A stretch of DNA of 54,110 nucleotides from Poseidonia sp. (lineage in GTDB: Archaea; Thermoplasmatota; Poseidoniia; Poseidoniales; Poseidoniaceae), in NCBI GenBank assembly GCA_038127845.1, contig JAYPIL010000004.1:1-54110 (forward strand). Direction: 5' to 3'. The notes beneath the pieces were generated by a model, which searched no databases, was not told the origin of the DNA, and saw nothing but the letters and a program-made list of their open reading frames with translations. The stretch's first letter is position 1, and every line of letters begins with the position of its first letter. Made by a program: the position numbers and the translations under genes. This document shows, one piece after another, positions 36,539 through 44,376 of this stretch.

Positions 36539-37525
36539 TCAAGTTGCATAGCTTTCCAACACAGATTCCGCCATCAGCAGGCGAGACAGCAACAAGTCCA
36601 GTGTCGGAAGGCGGTCGCCCAACTCGGGCGCCCACAGGGTTCGCCAGCACGCCAAGTGTTGAGCAGCAAGGAGCCATCTTCCATCGAGATGCGGGGTTGA
36701 GAGTTGCTTGATCCTTGAATCATAGGAACCCATCATCGGTGAATATGTGGCCCTCAACAGCAAACCTTCGCCGTCTTCAAGCACAACCGTCCCGTCAAAA
36801 TCCACGTAGGCCGCAGGTGGGTCGTCCGTGAGGGATGCCGACCACGAACCCTCTTCCAACGCCCTTCGACTCTGAAGCGGATGAACGGAGCCACCCGCAC
36901 GAACCCAAGAGGCGGCGGTTGAGCGGGCTCCGCCCCCGCCTCCGGCGAGACCCAAAACACGCTCGTGAGCACCCACACCGTGATGCTGCAGCACCTCACG
37001 AACACCTTCGCCGTCCAAGCCGGCACACCACCATCCTTTGCCGTCCCAACGAAGGGCGTTCACCGATTTCGTTTTCATGGAATCGTCGATGCACATCACC
37101 GCGCTCGAGTCCAGTTGATGCTTGAGGGGAGCCGTCAAATTGATCCAGATTTCTTCATCAAACATGCGGGTCGGCAAACCTGTCGACCCCACGACAGAAG
37201 GAAGGAACGGTTCGGTGTTTATCGGAGCCAGCGAGGGGTGAGGATGCTCCACCTCCATCGCCGCTTCGACGGCACGCTTGACGAGAGCAGATGTCCGAAA
37301 CTTCCCGAAGACTGACCCTGTGTACACCCATTCCCGTTGGGAGGGAACCGCTCCCGCGTAGCCCCAAGCCAAGGCATCGGTCATCGTCGGGACATCGATG
37401 AGTTCCATCTTCAACCGTTTTTCATCCGATGGCAACCCAAGATGGGCAGCGACAAGCGCTGTAAGCAAAGGAGAGAGACTGTGGTCAACAGGTTGGCCTG
37501 CAATTCCATAGCGAATCACGGCCAT
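36539..37525 (-). CDS. aroE: Shikimate dehydrogenase-like protein
   Basis: YGIAGQPVDHSLSPLL (substrate motif), NALRW.. with GLDGEG (NT..TDG-like), and the glycine-rich GLAGGGGGARS dinucleotide site. It is somewhat longer than typical AroE. Confidence 0.7.
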   Translation of the reverse strand: MAVIRYGIAGQPVDHSLSPLLTALVAAHLGLPSDEKRLKMELIDVPTMTDALAWGYAGAVPSQREWVYTGSVFGKFRTSALVKRAVEAAMEVEHPHPSLAPINTEPFLPSVVGSTGLPTRMFDEEIWINLTAPLKHQLDSSAVMCIDDSMKTKSVNALRWDGKGWWCAGLDGEGVREVLQHHGVGAHERVLGLAGGGGGARSTAASWVRAGGSVHPLQSRRALEEGSWSASLTDDPPAAYVDFDGTVVLEDGEGLLLRATYSPMMGSYDSRIKQLSTPHLDGRWLLAAQHLACWRTLWAPELGDRLPTLDLLLSRLLMAESVLESYAT

Positions 37526-37607
37526 GCTGCAACCACGGCCTTACAACACAAAAAGGCGACGAACTGCCGTCTCAACCTTCAAGAGGGAGTGGGTCTTGCT
37601 AACTCCC

Positions 37608-37919
37608 ATGGGAAAAGCCGTTGGGTGGATGACTGCAGGTCTTGGCACCTACATGACGTTCAAAATGTGGGCTGAATTTCAAGATGCCCTGGGCACGGTG
37701 TTCGGAGCATCATGGGGCATTATTATCGCCACCGTGGTGTTTCTGATCTATCAGTCCAACAAAAACGAACGAGCCTACGAATCCTCCTTCGGCGAAGAGA
37801 TTCCAAAATCGATCAGCAAAGGGCAAATGGAAGCGGACAACGCTCCACCGTTGGTGTTCATTGCCGGCCTTTACATCTTCATTATCGTCATCTTTGAGAT
37901 TCTTCTCAATGCGGTTTGA
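37608..37919 (+). CDS. Hypothetical small membrane protein (~104 aa)
   Basis: Two to three hydrophobic segments (WGIIIATVVFLIY, PLVFIAGLYIFIIVIFEILL). The start is uncertain (ATG 37608, TTG 37596); the ORF-track start 37524 would abut the divergent aroE start. Confidence 0.4.
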   Translation: MGKAVGWMTAGLGTYMTFKMWAEFQDALGTVFGASWGIIIATVVFLIYQSNKNERAYESSFGEEIPKSISKGQMEADNAPPLVFIAGLYIFIIVIFEILLNAV

Positions 37920-37931
37920 TGGTGAATCCCT

Positions 37932-38216
37932 ATGCCGGGCTTGATGGAAGTTTTCATCCTCAAGGACCGCGTAAATGGAAACCGTGACAACATCTTCATG
38001 ATGCTGTTTGAGAAAGCCTTCATTCTCATTTCACTGCTGGTCGTGCTTCTCATCGGTGTCGCCATCGGTCTGCCTGCATGGGGAGTTGGCGCCCTCGTTG
38101 GTGGTGCGTTGGGTCCCATCGTCTACGGCCATTACTACTTCATCTACATCAGACCTCTGAAAAAACAGCAGAACATTGATGTGGAAAAGAAACAAGGAAA
38201 GGACAAGAGGAAGTGA
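37932..38216 (+). CDS. Hypothetical small membrane protein (94 aa) with Lys-rich C-terminus
   Basis: ATG 37932 lies 6 nt after GGTGA. Hydrophobic hairpin FILISLLVVLLIGVAIGLPAWGVGALVGGALGPIVYG, then KKQQNIDVEKKQGKDKRK. Confidence 0.45.
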   Translation: MPGLMEVFILKDRVNGNRDNIFMMLFEKAFILISLLVVLLIGVAIGLPAWGVGALVGGALGPIVYGHYYFIYIRPLKKQQNIDVEKKQGKDKRK

Positions 38217-38220
38217 ACGG

Positions 38221-38853
38221 ATGCTGGGGTTTTCAACGATATTGGAATTTTTTGGATTGGGTGATATCTCGGGCATCGATGTCTTCTTTGCAGCCATGGC
38301 CGTCATTGGGACGATTCTCTTCATCATCTACTTCATCCTCGTCCTGATCGGAGGTGTCGCCGACGGTATTGCAGACGCCATCCCCTTCCTTGATGTGAGC
38401 TTCGAAATGGATGCTGAGGGCGTCTTCCACATGCTTACCATCCAAGGATTACTCAGTTTCATGATGATGTTCGGCATCTTCGGCCTCGCTGTCTCCCAAG
38501 GAGAATACGGCGCACTTCCGGCCATCACCGCAGGTTCAATCGCAGGCATCTCATCCATGTGGGTTGTCGGAAAAGTGTTTCAGGCCATTGCTGGGCTTGA
38601 GACCGACGGGACCGTTTCTCACAGCCAAGCTCTTGGAGCGAAAGGCACGGTGTACCGAACCATCAAACCCGGGCAGTCCGGGCAAGTTCAGGTTGAATTC
38701 CAAGACGCATTGCGCACATGTGAAGCGGTTGCTGAAGACGAAACCATCACCATCGAGACCGGCAAGTTCGTTGTGGTCACGGGCAACATTGCAGAGATCT
38801 TGGTGGTCAAGCCGCTCAAGGTTGCTGACGCTGTAGCGACCGAAGAAGAGTGA
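38221..38853 (+). CDS. NfeD/YqiJ-like membrane protein (TM region + C-terminal OB-fold-like domain)
   Basis: ATG 38221 lies 4 nt after the upstream stop. TM segments are followed by GAKGTVYRTIKPGQSGQVQVEF...GKFVVVTGNIAEILVVKPL, which resembles the NfeD C-terminal domain. It sits directly upstream of the flotillin gene. Confidence 0.65.
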   Translation: MLGFSTILEFFGLGDISGIDVFFAAMAVIGTILFIIYFILVLIGGVADGIADAIPFLDVSFEMDAEGVFHMLTIQGLLSFMMMFGIFGLAVSQGEYGALPAITAGSIAGISSMWVVGKVFQAIAGLETDGTVSHSQALGAKGTVYRTIKPGQSGQVQVEFQDALRTCEAVAEDETITIETGKFVVVTGNIAEILVVKPLKVADAVATEEE

Positions 38854-38903
38854 AGCATATTGCCGTGTTAAGTCTCTTAAAGGAGAAGTAGAGTGGCTCA
38901 CTC

Positions 38904-40289
38904 ATGATGGATACGCTTATTCTCATCGGCATCGCTTTGTTTGTCATCACCGTATTGGCAACCGTGTACATCGCCACCAGCCGCTACAAACTTGCACCGG
39001 CCAACAAAATCCTGGTTGTTTACGGTAACACGCAGGGCGCTGGTGCTGCAAAATGTTACCACGGCGGTGGAAAAATCGTTTGGCCACTGGTGCAGAATTA
39101 TGCGTTCCTCGACCTCAAACCGATGACCATCAACATCAACCTCGAGCACGCTCTCTCGCAACAAAACATCCGCATCAACGTGCCTTCGACATTTACCATC
39201 GGTATTGACACCAAACCCTCCATCATGCAAAATGCTGCTGTGCGTCTGCTCAACCTCGACCAGGCGGCGATTGAAGACATGGCCAAGGAGATCATCTTTG
39301 GTCAACTTCGTTTGACGGTTGCATCATTGACCATCGAAGAAATCAACGGTGACCGTGAAGCCTTCTTGAGCCAAGTGGTCAACAACGTGGACACCGAGTT
39401 GCACAAGATTGGTCTCTACCTCATCAACGTCAACATCACGGACATCACCGACGAAGCCGACTACATCAAGTCCATTGGTGCCAAGGCCGCTGCACAAGCC
39501 ATTGCCGCTGCCGACGTCGACCGAGCAAATGCTACCCGTGACGGTGCTGTTGGACAGGCAGAAGCTGACCGAACCCGTGAAATCCAGGTTGCCAAAAACC
39601 GTGCAGAATCCGACAAAGGTCAGAAGGAAGCCGAAGCGGACCGTCGTGTCTTCGTTCAGCAACAAGAATCCAAGGCTGTGGAAGGTGAAAACCTGTCCCG
39701 TGCCGACATTGCCAGCTACAACGCCGACTTGGCCGAAAAGGAAGCCGAGGCCCTCAAGCGTTCCGAAGTCGCCAAGCGCAAGGCCCAAGTCGAAATCGAG
39801 AAGGCTCAGTACGAGTTTGAAGGTCAGCGCCTGCGTGCGGAGGAAATCGCCCGTGAGGAAGTTTCCAAGCAACAGATTGAGATTGCAGCCGAAGCCGAAG
39901 CAGAGCGCCAGCGCCGGATTGCGAAAGGTCAAGCCGACGCTACGCTCGCCGCCTACAACGCCGAAGCAGAAGGTCAACGTGCTGTTCTTGAAGCGAAGGC
40001 CGCAGGGTACGCTCAGTTGGTCGCCAGCGCTGGTGGGGACGCCAAGGCTGCTGCAACACTGCTGATGGTTGAGAAGATTGAGGAATTGGTCGCTCGCCAG
40101 ACGGAAGCGATTGCGAACCTCAAGATCGACAAGATCACCGTGTGGGACTCCGGGAACAACGGTGGCGAAGGTGGAGCAACCTCCAACTTCGTCTCATCGC
40201 TCATCCAGAGCCTGCCTCCCGTTCACGACGTTGCCAAGATGGCCGGAGTCGATCTGCCCGACTACCTCGGTACGATGAAGGAAGAATAA
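38904..40289 (+). CDS. Flotillin-family SPFH/band-7 protein
   Basis: N-terminal TM, then an SPFH core (IIFGQLRLTVASLTIEEINGDREAF..., IGLYLINVNITDITDEADYIKSIG), then a long Ala/Glu/Lys/Arg-rich coiled-coil (flotillin repeats). Confidence 0.88.
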   Translation: MMDTLILIGIALFVITVLATVYIATSRYKLAPANKILVVYGNTQGAGAAKCYHGGGKIVWPLVQNYAFLDLKPMTININLEHALSQQNIRINVPSTFTIGIDTKPSIMQNAAVRLLNLDQAAIEDMAKEIIFGQLRLTVASLTIEEINGDREAFLSQVVNNVDTELHKIGLYLINVNITDITDEADYIKSIGAKAAAQAIAAADVDRANATRDGAVGQAEADRTREIQVAKNRAESDKGQKEAEADRRVFVQQQESKAVEGENLSRADIASYNADLAEKEAEALKRSEVAKRKAQVEIEKAQYEFEGQRLRAEEIAREEVSKQQIEIAAEAEAERQRRIAKGQADATLAAYNAEAEGQRAVLEAKAAGYAQLVASAGGDAKAAATLLMVEKIEELVARQTEAIANLKIDKITVWDSGNNGGEGGATSNFVSSLIQSLPPVHDVAKMAGVDLPDYLGTMKEE

Positions 40290-40381
40290 GCCGGCGCACC
40301 TTGTTTTGAGGTGACAAAATCGGCACCTAAGCCTCCAGCGTGAGCGAGGGTTTCAAAGACTCAACGAGGCGCAAAGGAGCC

Positions 40382-42097
40382 ATGGCCTCCGACCTTGAGA
40401 TTGCTCGTGCTGCAAAAATGGAGCCGATTGAAGCGGTTGCATGGAAACTTGGCATCTCTTCCCACGAACTGATGCTGATGGGTAACGGTGTCGCAAAGGT
40501 GAGCTGGTCAGCGCTGAAAGAACGGTTTTCGAAGCCGCAGGGAAGCATGGTGCTCGTGACCTCGGTGAACCCGACGCCGTTTGGCGAAGGAAAAACGGTG
40601 ACGACCATCGGTCTCACGCAAGCATTGTGTGCCATTGGCCAATCCGCCACCTGTGTCATTCGAGAACCTTCCATGGGGCCGGTCTTCGGCATCAAAGGCG
40701 GTGCGGCAGGAGGAGGTCACGCACAGGTCCTCCCGATGGAGGACATCAACCTGCACTTGACGGGTGACCTTCACGCCGTGACCTCAGCGCACAACCTCCT
40801 CTCAGCCCTCATCGACAACCACCTCAAACACGGCAACGCCTGCAAACTCGACCCCAGTCGCATTTCATGGCCCCGGGTCATCGACATGAACGACCGAGCC
40901 TTGCGCAACGTCACGGTCGGCAAAGGCGGCCCTGCCAACGGCATGGTCAGGGAAGACCGCTTTGACATCACGGCAGCAAGTGAGGTGATGGCCATCCTCG
41001 TTCTCGCCACCGATTATGCAGATCTGCGCGCTCGATTGGGTAACATTGTGGTCGGGACCTCAACGGAAGGAAATCCGGTCAAAGCGGAAGACATCGGCGC
41101 TGCAGGCGCCATGGCCCTGCTCCTGCGCCAAGCCTTCCTGCCCAACATCACGCAAACGCTTGAGGGGAATCCTGCATTTATCCACGGAGGGCCATTTGCC
41201 AACATCGCTCACGGCAATTCGAGCATCATCGCTGACCGAATGGCCCTCGCAAGCGCCGACATTGTGGTGACGGAAGCCGGTTTTGGCTCGGACATGGGGG
41301 CTGAGAAATTCATGCACATCAAAGCGGCAACCTCAGGCAAAGCCCCGGATTGTGTCGTCATGAACGTCACGGTCCGCTCCATGAAACTTCACGGGGGCGC
41401 GTTTGGCGACCGAGGCGGCATTCGTCCGGACAAAGCAACACTGGAAGCAGAAAACGTCGATGCAACCCTCATGGGAGCAAAAACGAACCTCGACCGACAC
41501 ATCCGAAACATGGCAGCGTTCGGTGTTCCCGTGGTCGTCTCCATCAACAAATTCACCAGCGACACCGATGCAGAAATCGCCGCCATCACGGGTGCTGCTC
41601 ACGAGAGTGGGGCCCACGCTGTCTGCGTGACCGAAGTCCACGCCAACGGCGGGGCCGGTGGAAAAGACCTCGCTGAAGCCGTGGTTCGAGCGGTGCAAAA
41701 TCACGTTGCGGCCGGTCGCCCCTTCGTTCCCTTGTTTCCTCCCGAGACAGATGTTTTGGAGAAAGCGAACGCCATCGCCACACGGCTCTACAAGGCCGAG
41801 GGTCTCTCACTCACCGCCAAAGCCGAGCGCGAATTGGCTCGCATTCGGTCGTGGGGTTACGGGCATCTTCCCGTGTGCATGGCCAAAACACAGTATTCGT
41901 TTTCCCATGACGCCTCTTTGCTTGGCGCACCTTCTGGGTTCACCGTGCCCGTCCGTGAATTTCGATTAAACGCAGGTGCGGGATTTGTCGTGGCCGTGCT
42001 TGGCGACATGATGACCATGCCCGGTCTTCCAAAGCGACCTGCAGGGTTGGATATGGATATGGATGAAGACGGGAACCTCATCGGCGTGTTTGGGTGA
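40382..42097 (+). CDS. fhs: Formate--tetrahydrofolate ligase
   Basis: MASDLEIARAAKMEPI..., the P-loop-like VTSVNPTPFGEGKTVTTIGL, FDITAASEVMAIL and GGPFANIAHGNSS are classical FTHFS motifs. Start trimmed to ATG 40382. Confidence 0.93.
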   Translation: MASDLEIARAAKMEPIEAVAWKLGISSHELMLMGNGVAKVSWSALKERFSKPQGSMVLVTSVNPTPFGEGKTVTTIGLTQALCAIGQSATCVIREPSMGPVFGIKGGAAGGGHAQVLPMEDINLHLTGDLHAVTSAHNLLSALIDNHLKHGNACKLDPSRISWPRVIDMNDRALRNVTVGKGGPANGMVREDRFDITAASEVMAILVLATDYADLRARLGNIVVGTSTEGNPVKAEDIGAAGAMALLLRQAFLPNITQTLEGNPAFIHGGPFANIAHGNSSIIADRMALASADIVVTEAGFGSDMGAEKFMHIKAATSGKAPDCVVMNVTVRSMKLHGGAFGDRGGIRPDKATLEAENVDATLMGAKTNLDRHIRNMAAFGVPVVVSINKFTSDTDAEIAAITGAAHESGAHAVCVTEVHANGGAGGKDLAEAVVRAVQNHVAAGRPFVPLFPPETDVLEKANAIATRLYKAEGLSLTAKAERELARIRSWGYGHLPVCMAKTQYSFSHDASLLGAPSGFTVPVREFRLNAGAGFVVAVLGDMMTMPGLPKRPAGLDMDMDEDGNLIGVFG

Positions 42098-42101
42098 GGG
42101 A

Positions 42102-43166
42102 ATGGAAGTTCTTGCGCGGGACCACGATGAATGGCGTCTTCGCGTGACCCATCTCGATGATTTGTGGGTGCTGGTACGACTGGTAAAACCGGGCATGTCG
42201 CTGGGCATGTTGGGTGAACGACGTGACCAAACGACCGGGGGCGACGAAGGAGGTCGTGCAAAACAGGCGGAACGCAAGAAAATGTGGATCCGCTTGAGTG
42301 TCGAACACACTGACCATCAATCCTTCTCCGATACCCTTCGCGTGCACGGCATCATTCAAGAGGCCCCTGTGGATGTCGGCCTGCATCACACCCACATCGT
42401 TGAGTTACGTGACGAAGTGCTCTTGTCATCGCCAGGAGGCTTTCACAAACACGATGCCGACCTCCTCGATCAGAGCATCGCATCGGCTGCGCAGCACCAA
42501 GTGGCCCTGCTGGTCGTCGAGGGGGACGAAATCATTCTGTTCTTCGTCACCGGACGTGGGTTGAGAGAAAGCGCCACTTGGACGATGCGAGGAGGAGGAA
42601 AACGCGGCGACCTCAGGCAATCACAAGGCGTTTCCTCAGGGTTCCGAGCCTCGGTCATTGATGGATTGACGCAACAACTCGACCCCGAAATGCCGATGGT
42701 CATTTGTGGTCCGGGGAAAAACCGAGACAACATGATGGCGGATCTCAAGGCAGCGGGCCATCGCCGCCACATGGTTTCCATTGGAACGAGCATGGGTGGG
42801 CGAGGAGCAGCAAATGAAGTGCTGCGGGACGGCTTGGCTGGTCAGTTGCTTTCCGAACATCACATGGTTCAAGAAATCAGCCTGCTCGAAGAGGCTTGGA
42901 AGCGGATGTCGACCAACGGTGCCGTGACGTACGGGGTGGCTGGTTTGAGAAAGGCCGTCGAAGAAGGAGCGGTGGAGACGCTGCTCATCAGCGCTGATGT
43001 GCTTCGACAGCCCGATGCGACCTGCGATGGCCTGCCATGGGTTGACCTCACCTCAACCGTTGAACAATTCTCAGGGCAAGTCGTTCAATGTTCGGCCGAC
43101 CACGATGCAGGAGAACAACTGCTCGGGTTTGGCGGCGCAGTGGCCCTGCTGCGATACAAGGTGTGA
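42102..43166 (+). CDS. pelA: Pelota (mRNA surveillance / ribosome rescue factor)
   Basis: N-terminal THLDDLWVLVRLVKPGM and C-terminal eRF1-like YGVAGLRKAVEEGAVETLLISADVLR. ATG 42102 lies 4 nt after the fhs stop and follows GGGTGAGGG. Confidence 0.85.
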   Translation: MEVLARDHDEWRLRVTHLDDLWVLVRLVKPGMSLGMLGERRDQTTGGDEGGRAKQAERKKMWIRLSVEHTDHQSFSDTLRVHGIIQEAPVDVGLHHTHIVELRDEVLLSSPGGFHKHDADLLDQSIASAAQHQVALLVVEGDEIILFFVTGRGLRESATWTMRGGGKRGDLRQSQGVSSGFRASVIDGLTQQLDPEMPMVICGPGKNRDNMMADLKAAGHRRHMVSIGTSMGGRGAANEVLRDGLAGQLLSEHHMVQEISLLEEAWKRMSTNGAVTYGVAGLRKAVEEGAVETLLISADVLRQPDATCDGLPWVDLTSTVEQFSGQVVQCSADHDAGEQLLGFGGAVALLRYKV

Positions 43167-43170
43167 GCGC

Positions 43171-43473
43171 ATGAACGTGATTCGGTTTTCTGAACTTGGC
43201 CGAGACATTCGTCACGACCTGCAAGGTATGCGATGGCTACTTGTCGCTGCTGAAGAACTCGAGCATGCCACAGCAGCGCTGGCGTTCAGTGAACTCGAAG
43301 ATGTGCTGGTGGCAGTGGACCACCGAGGGGCAACGGTCAACCAAGGCCTCTGGATGCGAGCCGTGCACTTGCTCATGGTGGATGCTGACGACGACCCTGT
43401 TACGCTGCAGCGCACCTCCGGAATCACCCAGGTCATCGCCGATAACCAGCCCATTGAAGCACATCTATGGTAG
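43171..43473 (+). CDS. Hypothetical 100-aa acidic protein
   Basis: ATG 43171 lies 4 nt after the pelota stop, and its TAG stop directly abuts the tRNA-Val gene. No recognisable motif. Confidence 0.45.
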   Translation: MNVIRFSELGRDIRHDLQGMRWLLVAAEELEHATAALAFSELEDVLVAVDHRGATVNQGLWMRAVHLLMVDADDDPVTLQRTSGITQVIADNQPIEAHLW

Positions 43474-43546
43474 TGGGTCTGGAGGGACTCGAACCCTCGA
43501 TCAACTCCGTGTAAGGGAGGTGTCATAGCCGCTAGACCACAGACCC
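43474..43546 (-). tRNA. tRNA-Val (anticodon UAC), no intron, CCA not encoded
   Basis: Hand fold of the reverse complement:
- Acceptor stem: GGGTCTG/CAGACCC.
- Anticodon stem: CCTCC/GGAGT (one C-U mismatch).
- Anticodon loop: CTTACAC.
- T arm: GAGGG-TTCGAGT-CCCTC.
- Discriminator: A.
Total length 73 nt. Confidence 0.85.
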
Positions 43547-43626
43547 AGTGAGCCCTAATGTGACCACCTTTTCAAGAATCCGCCACGGGCGGTAACCTCA
43601 AGAGATGAAGCCGTGAGACCAATACA

Positions 43627-44316
43627 ATGGATGCGACAATCCAAGCCGCGGCTGCCAAACTCAGCCGTCGCCTGAAAAAAGGTGGATACACCATCACCCT
43701 CGCAGAATCCTGTACGGGAGGGCTGCTTGCAAGCACTCTGACCGACATTGCTGGCTCCAGTTCGTGGTTCGGTCGCTCGTTCATCACCTATGCCAACGAG
43801 GCAAAGGTGGAGGAATTGGGCGTGGACCCCGAAGAACTTGCAGCCAAGGGCGCCGTATCCGCCCAAGTCGCCATTCAAATGGCCAAAGGAGCGCTGAGTC
43901 GAGCCAACGCAGATTTTGCCATCGCGGTCACGGGCATAGCCGGACCCACCAATGAAGGAAGTTCCAAGCCTGTCGGCACCGTCTATGTCGGCATCGCTTC
44001 CCGAACATGGGCCAATGCCATTCGAACACAAATCGGTGGAACACGTGCAGAAAACAAGGCTGGCTTCGTTCACTTTGCTATTCTCACAGCCATGAACTGC
44101 TGGGACGATGCATTCGCACGGATGCAAGAAGCCCAAGAACAGGAGCGCTACGATGTCGAAGAAGCCCAACGCCAAGAAGCGGAACGAGAAGCAGAGCGAG
44201 CACGGCGAGAAGAGGCTGCTCGCGAACAAGCCCCGTGGCAGGATGAAGCATGGGACGGCGAGGAAGACAAGGACGAAATCGGTCACGAAGTTGAATGGAC
44301 TGACGGCGAGGAATGA
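43627..44316 (+). CDS. cinA: CinA C-terminal domain / nicotinamide-nucleotide amidohydrolase (PncC-like) with ~65-aa charged C-terminal extension
   Basis: ITLAESCTGGLLASTLTDIAGSS..F..SFITYANEAK and AVTGIAGP are CinA/PncC hallmarks. The extra tail is QEAQEQERYDVEEAQRQEAEREAERARREEAAREQAPWQDEAWDGEEDKDEIGHEVEWTDGEE. Confidence 0.85.
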   Translation: MDATIQAAAAKLSRRLKKGGYTITLAESCTGGLLASTLTDIAGSSSWFGRSFITYANEAKVEELGVDPEELAAKGAVSAQVAIQMAKGALSRANADFAIAVTGIAGPTNEGSSKPVGTVYVGIASRTWANAIRTQIGGTRAENKAGFVHFAILTAMNCWDDAFARMQEAQEQERYDVEEAQRQEAEREAERARREEAAREQAPWQDEAWDGEEDKDEIGHEVEWTDGEE

Positions 44317-44376
44317 AGAACACCTTCCTTCCTTTCCACCCACATACCTTTTGAATCGTCGGGCGTTCTTCCGTTC

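Noticed and set aside
43468-43473. Encoded CCA end for tRNA-Val (reverse complement reads ...A-CTACCA)
   Set aside because: The CCA is three nucleotides beyond the discriminator and belongs to the TGG-TAG end of the neighbouring ORF. CCA is therefore added post-transcriptionally.
27412-43546. Genomic island bounded by tRNA-Met(CAU) and tRNA-Val
   Set aside because: I saw no integrase, no direct repeat of a tRNA 3' end, and no mobile-element genes. The content is housekeeping (gatD, pccB, aroE, fhs, pelota).
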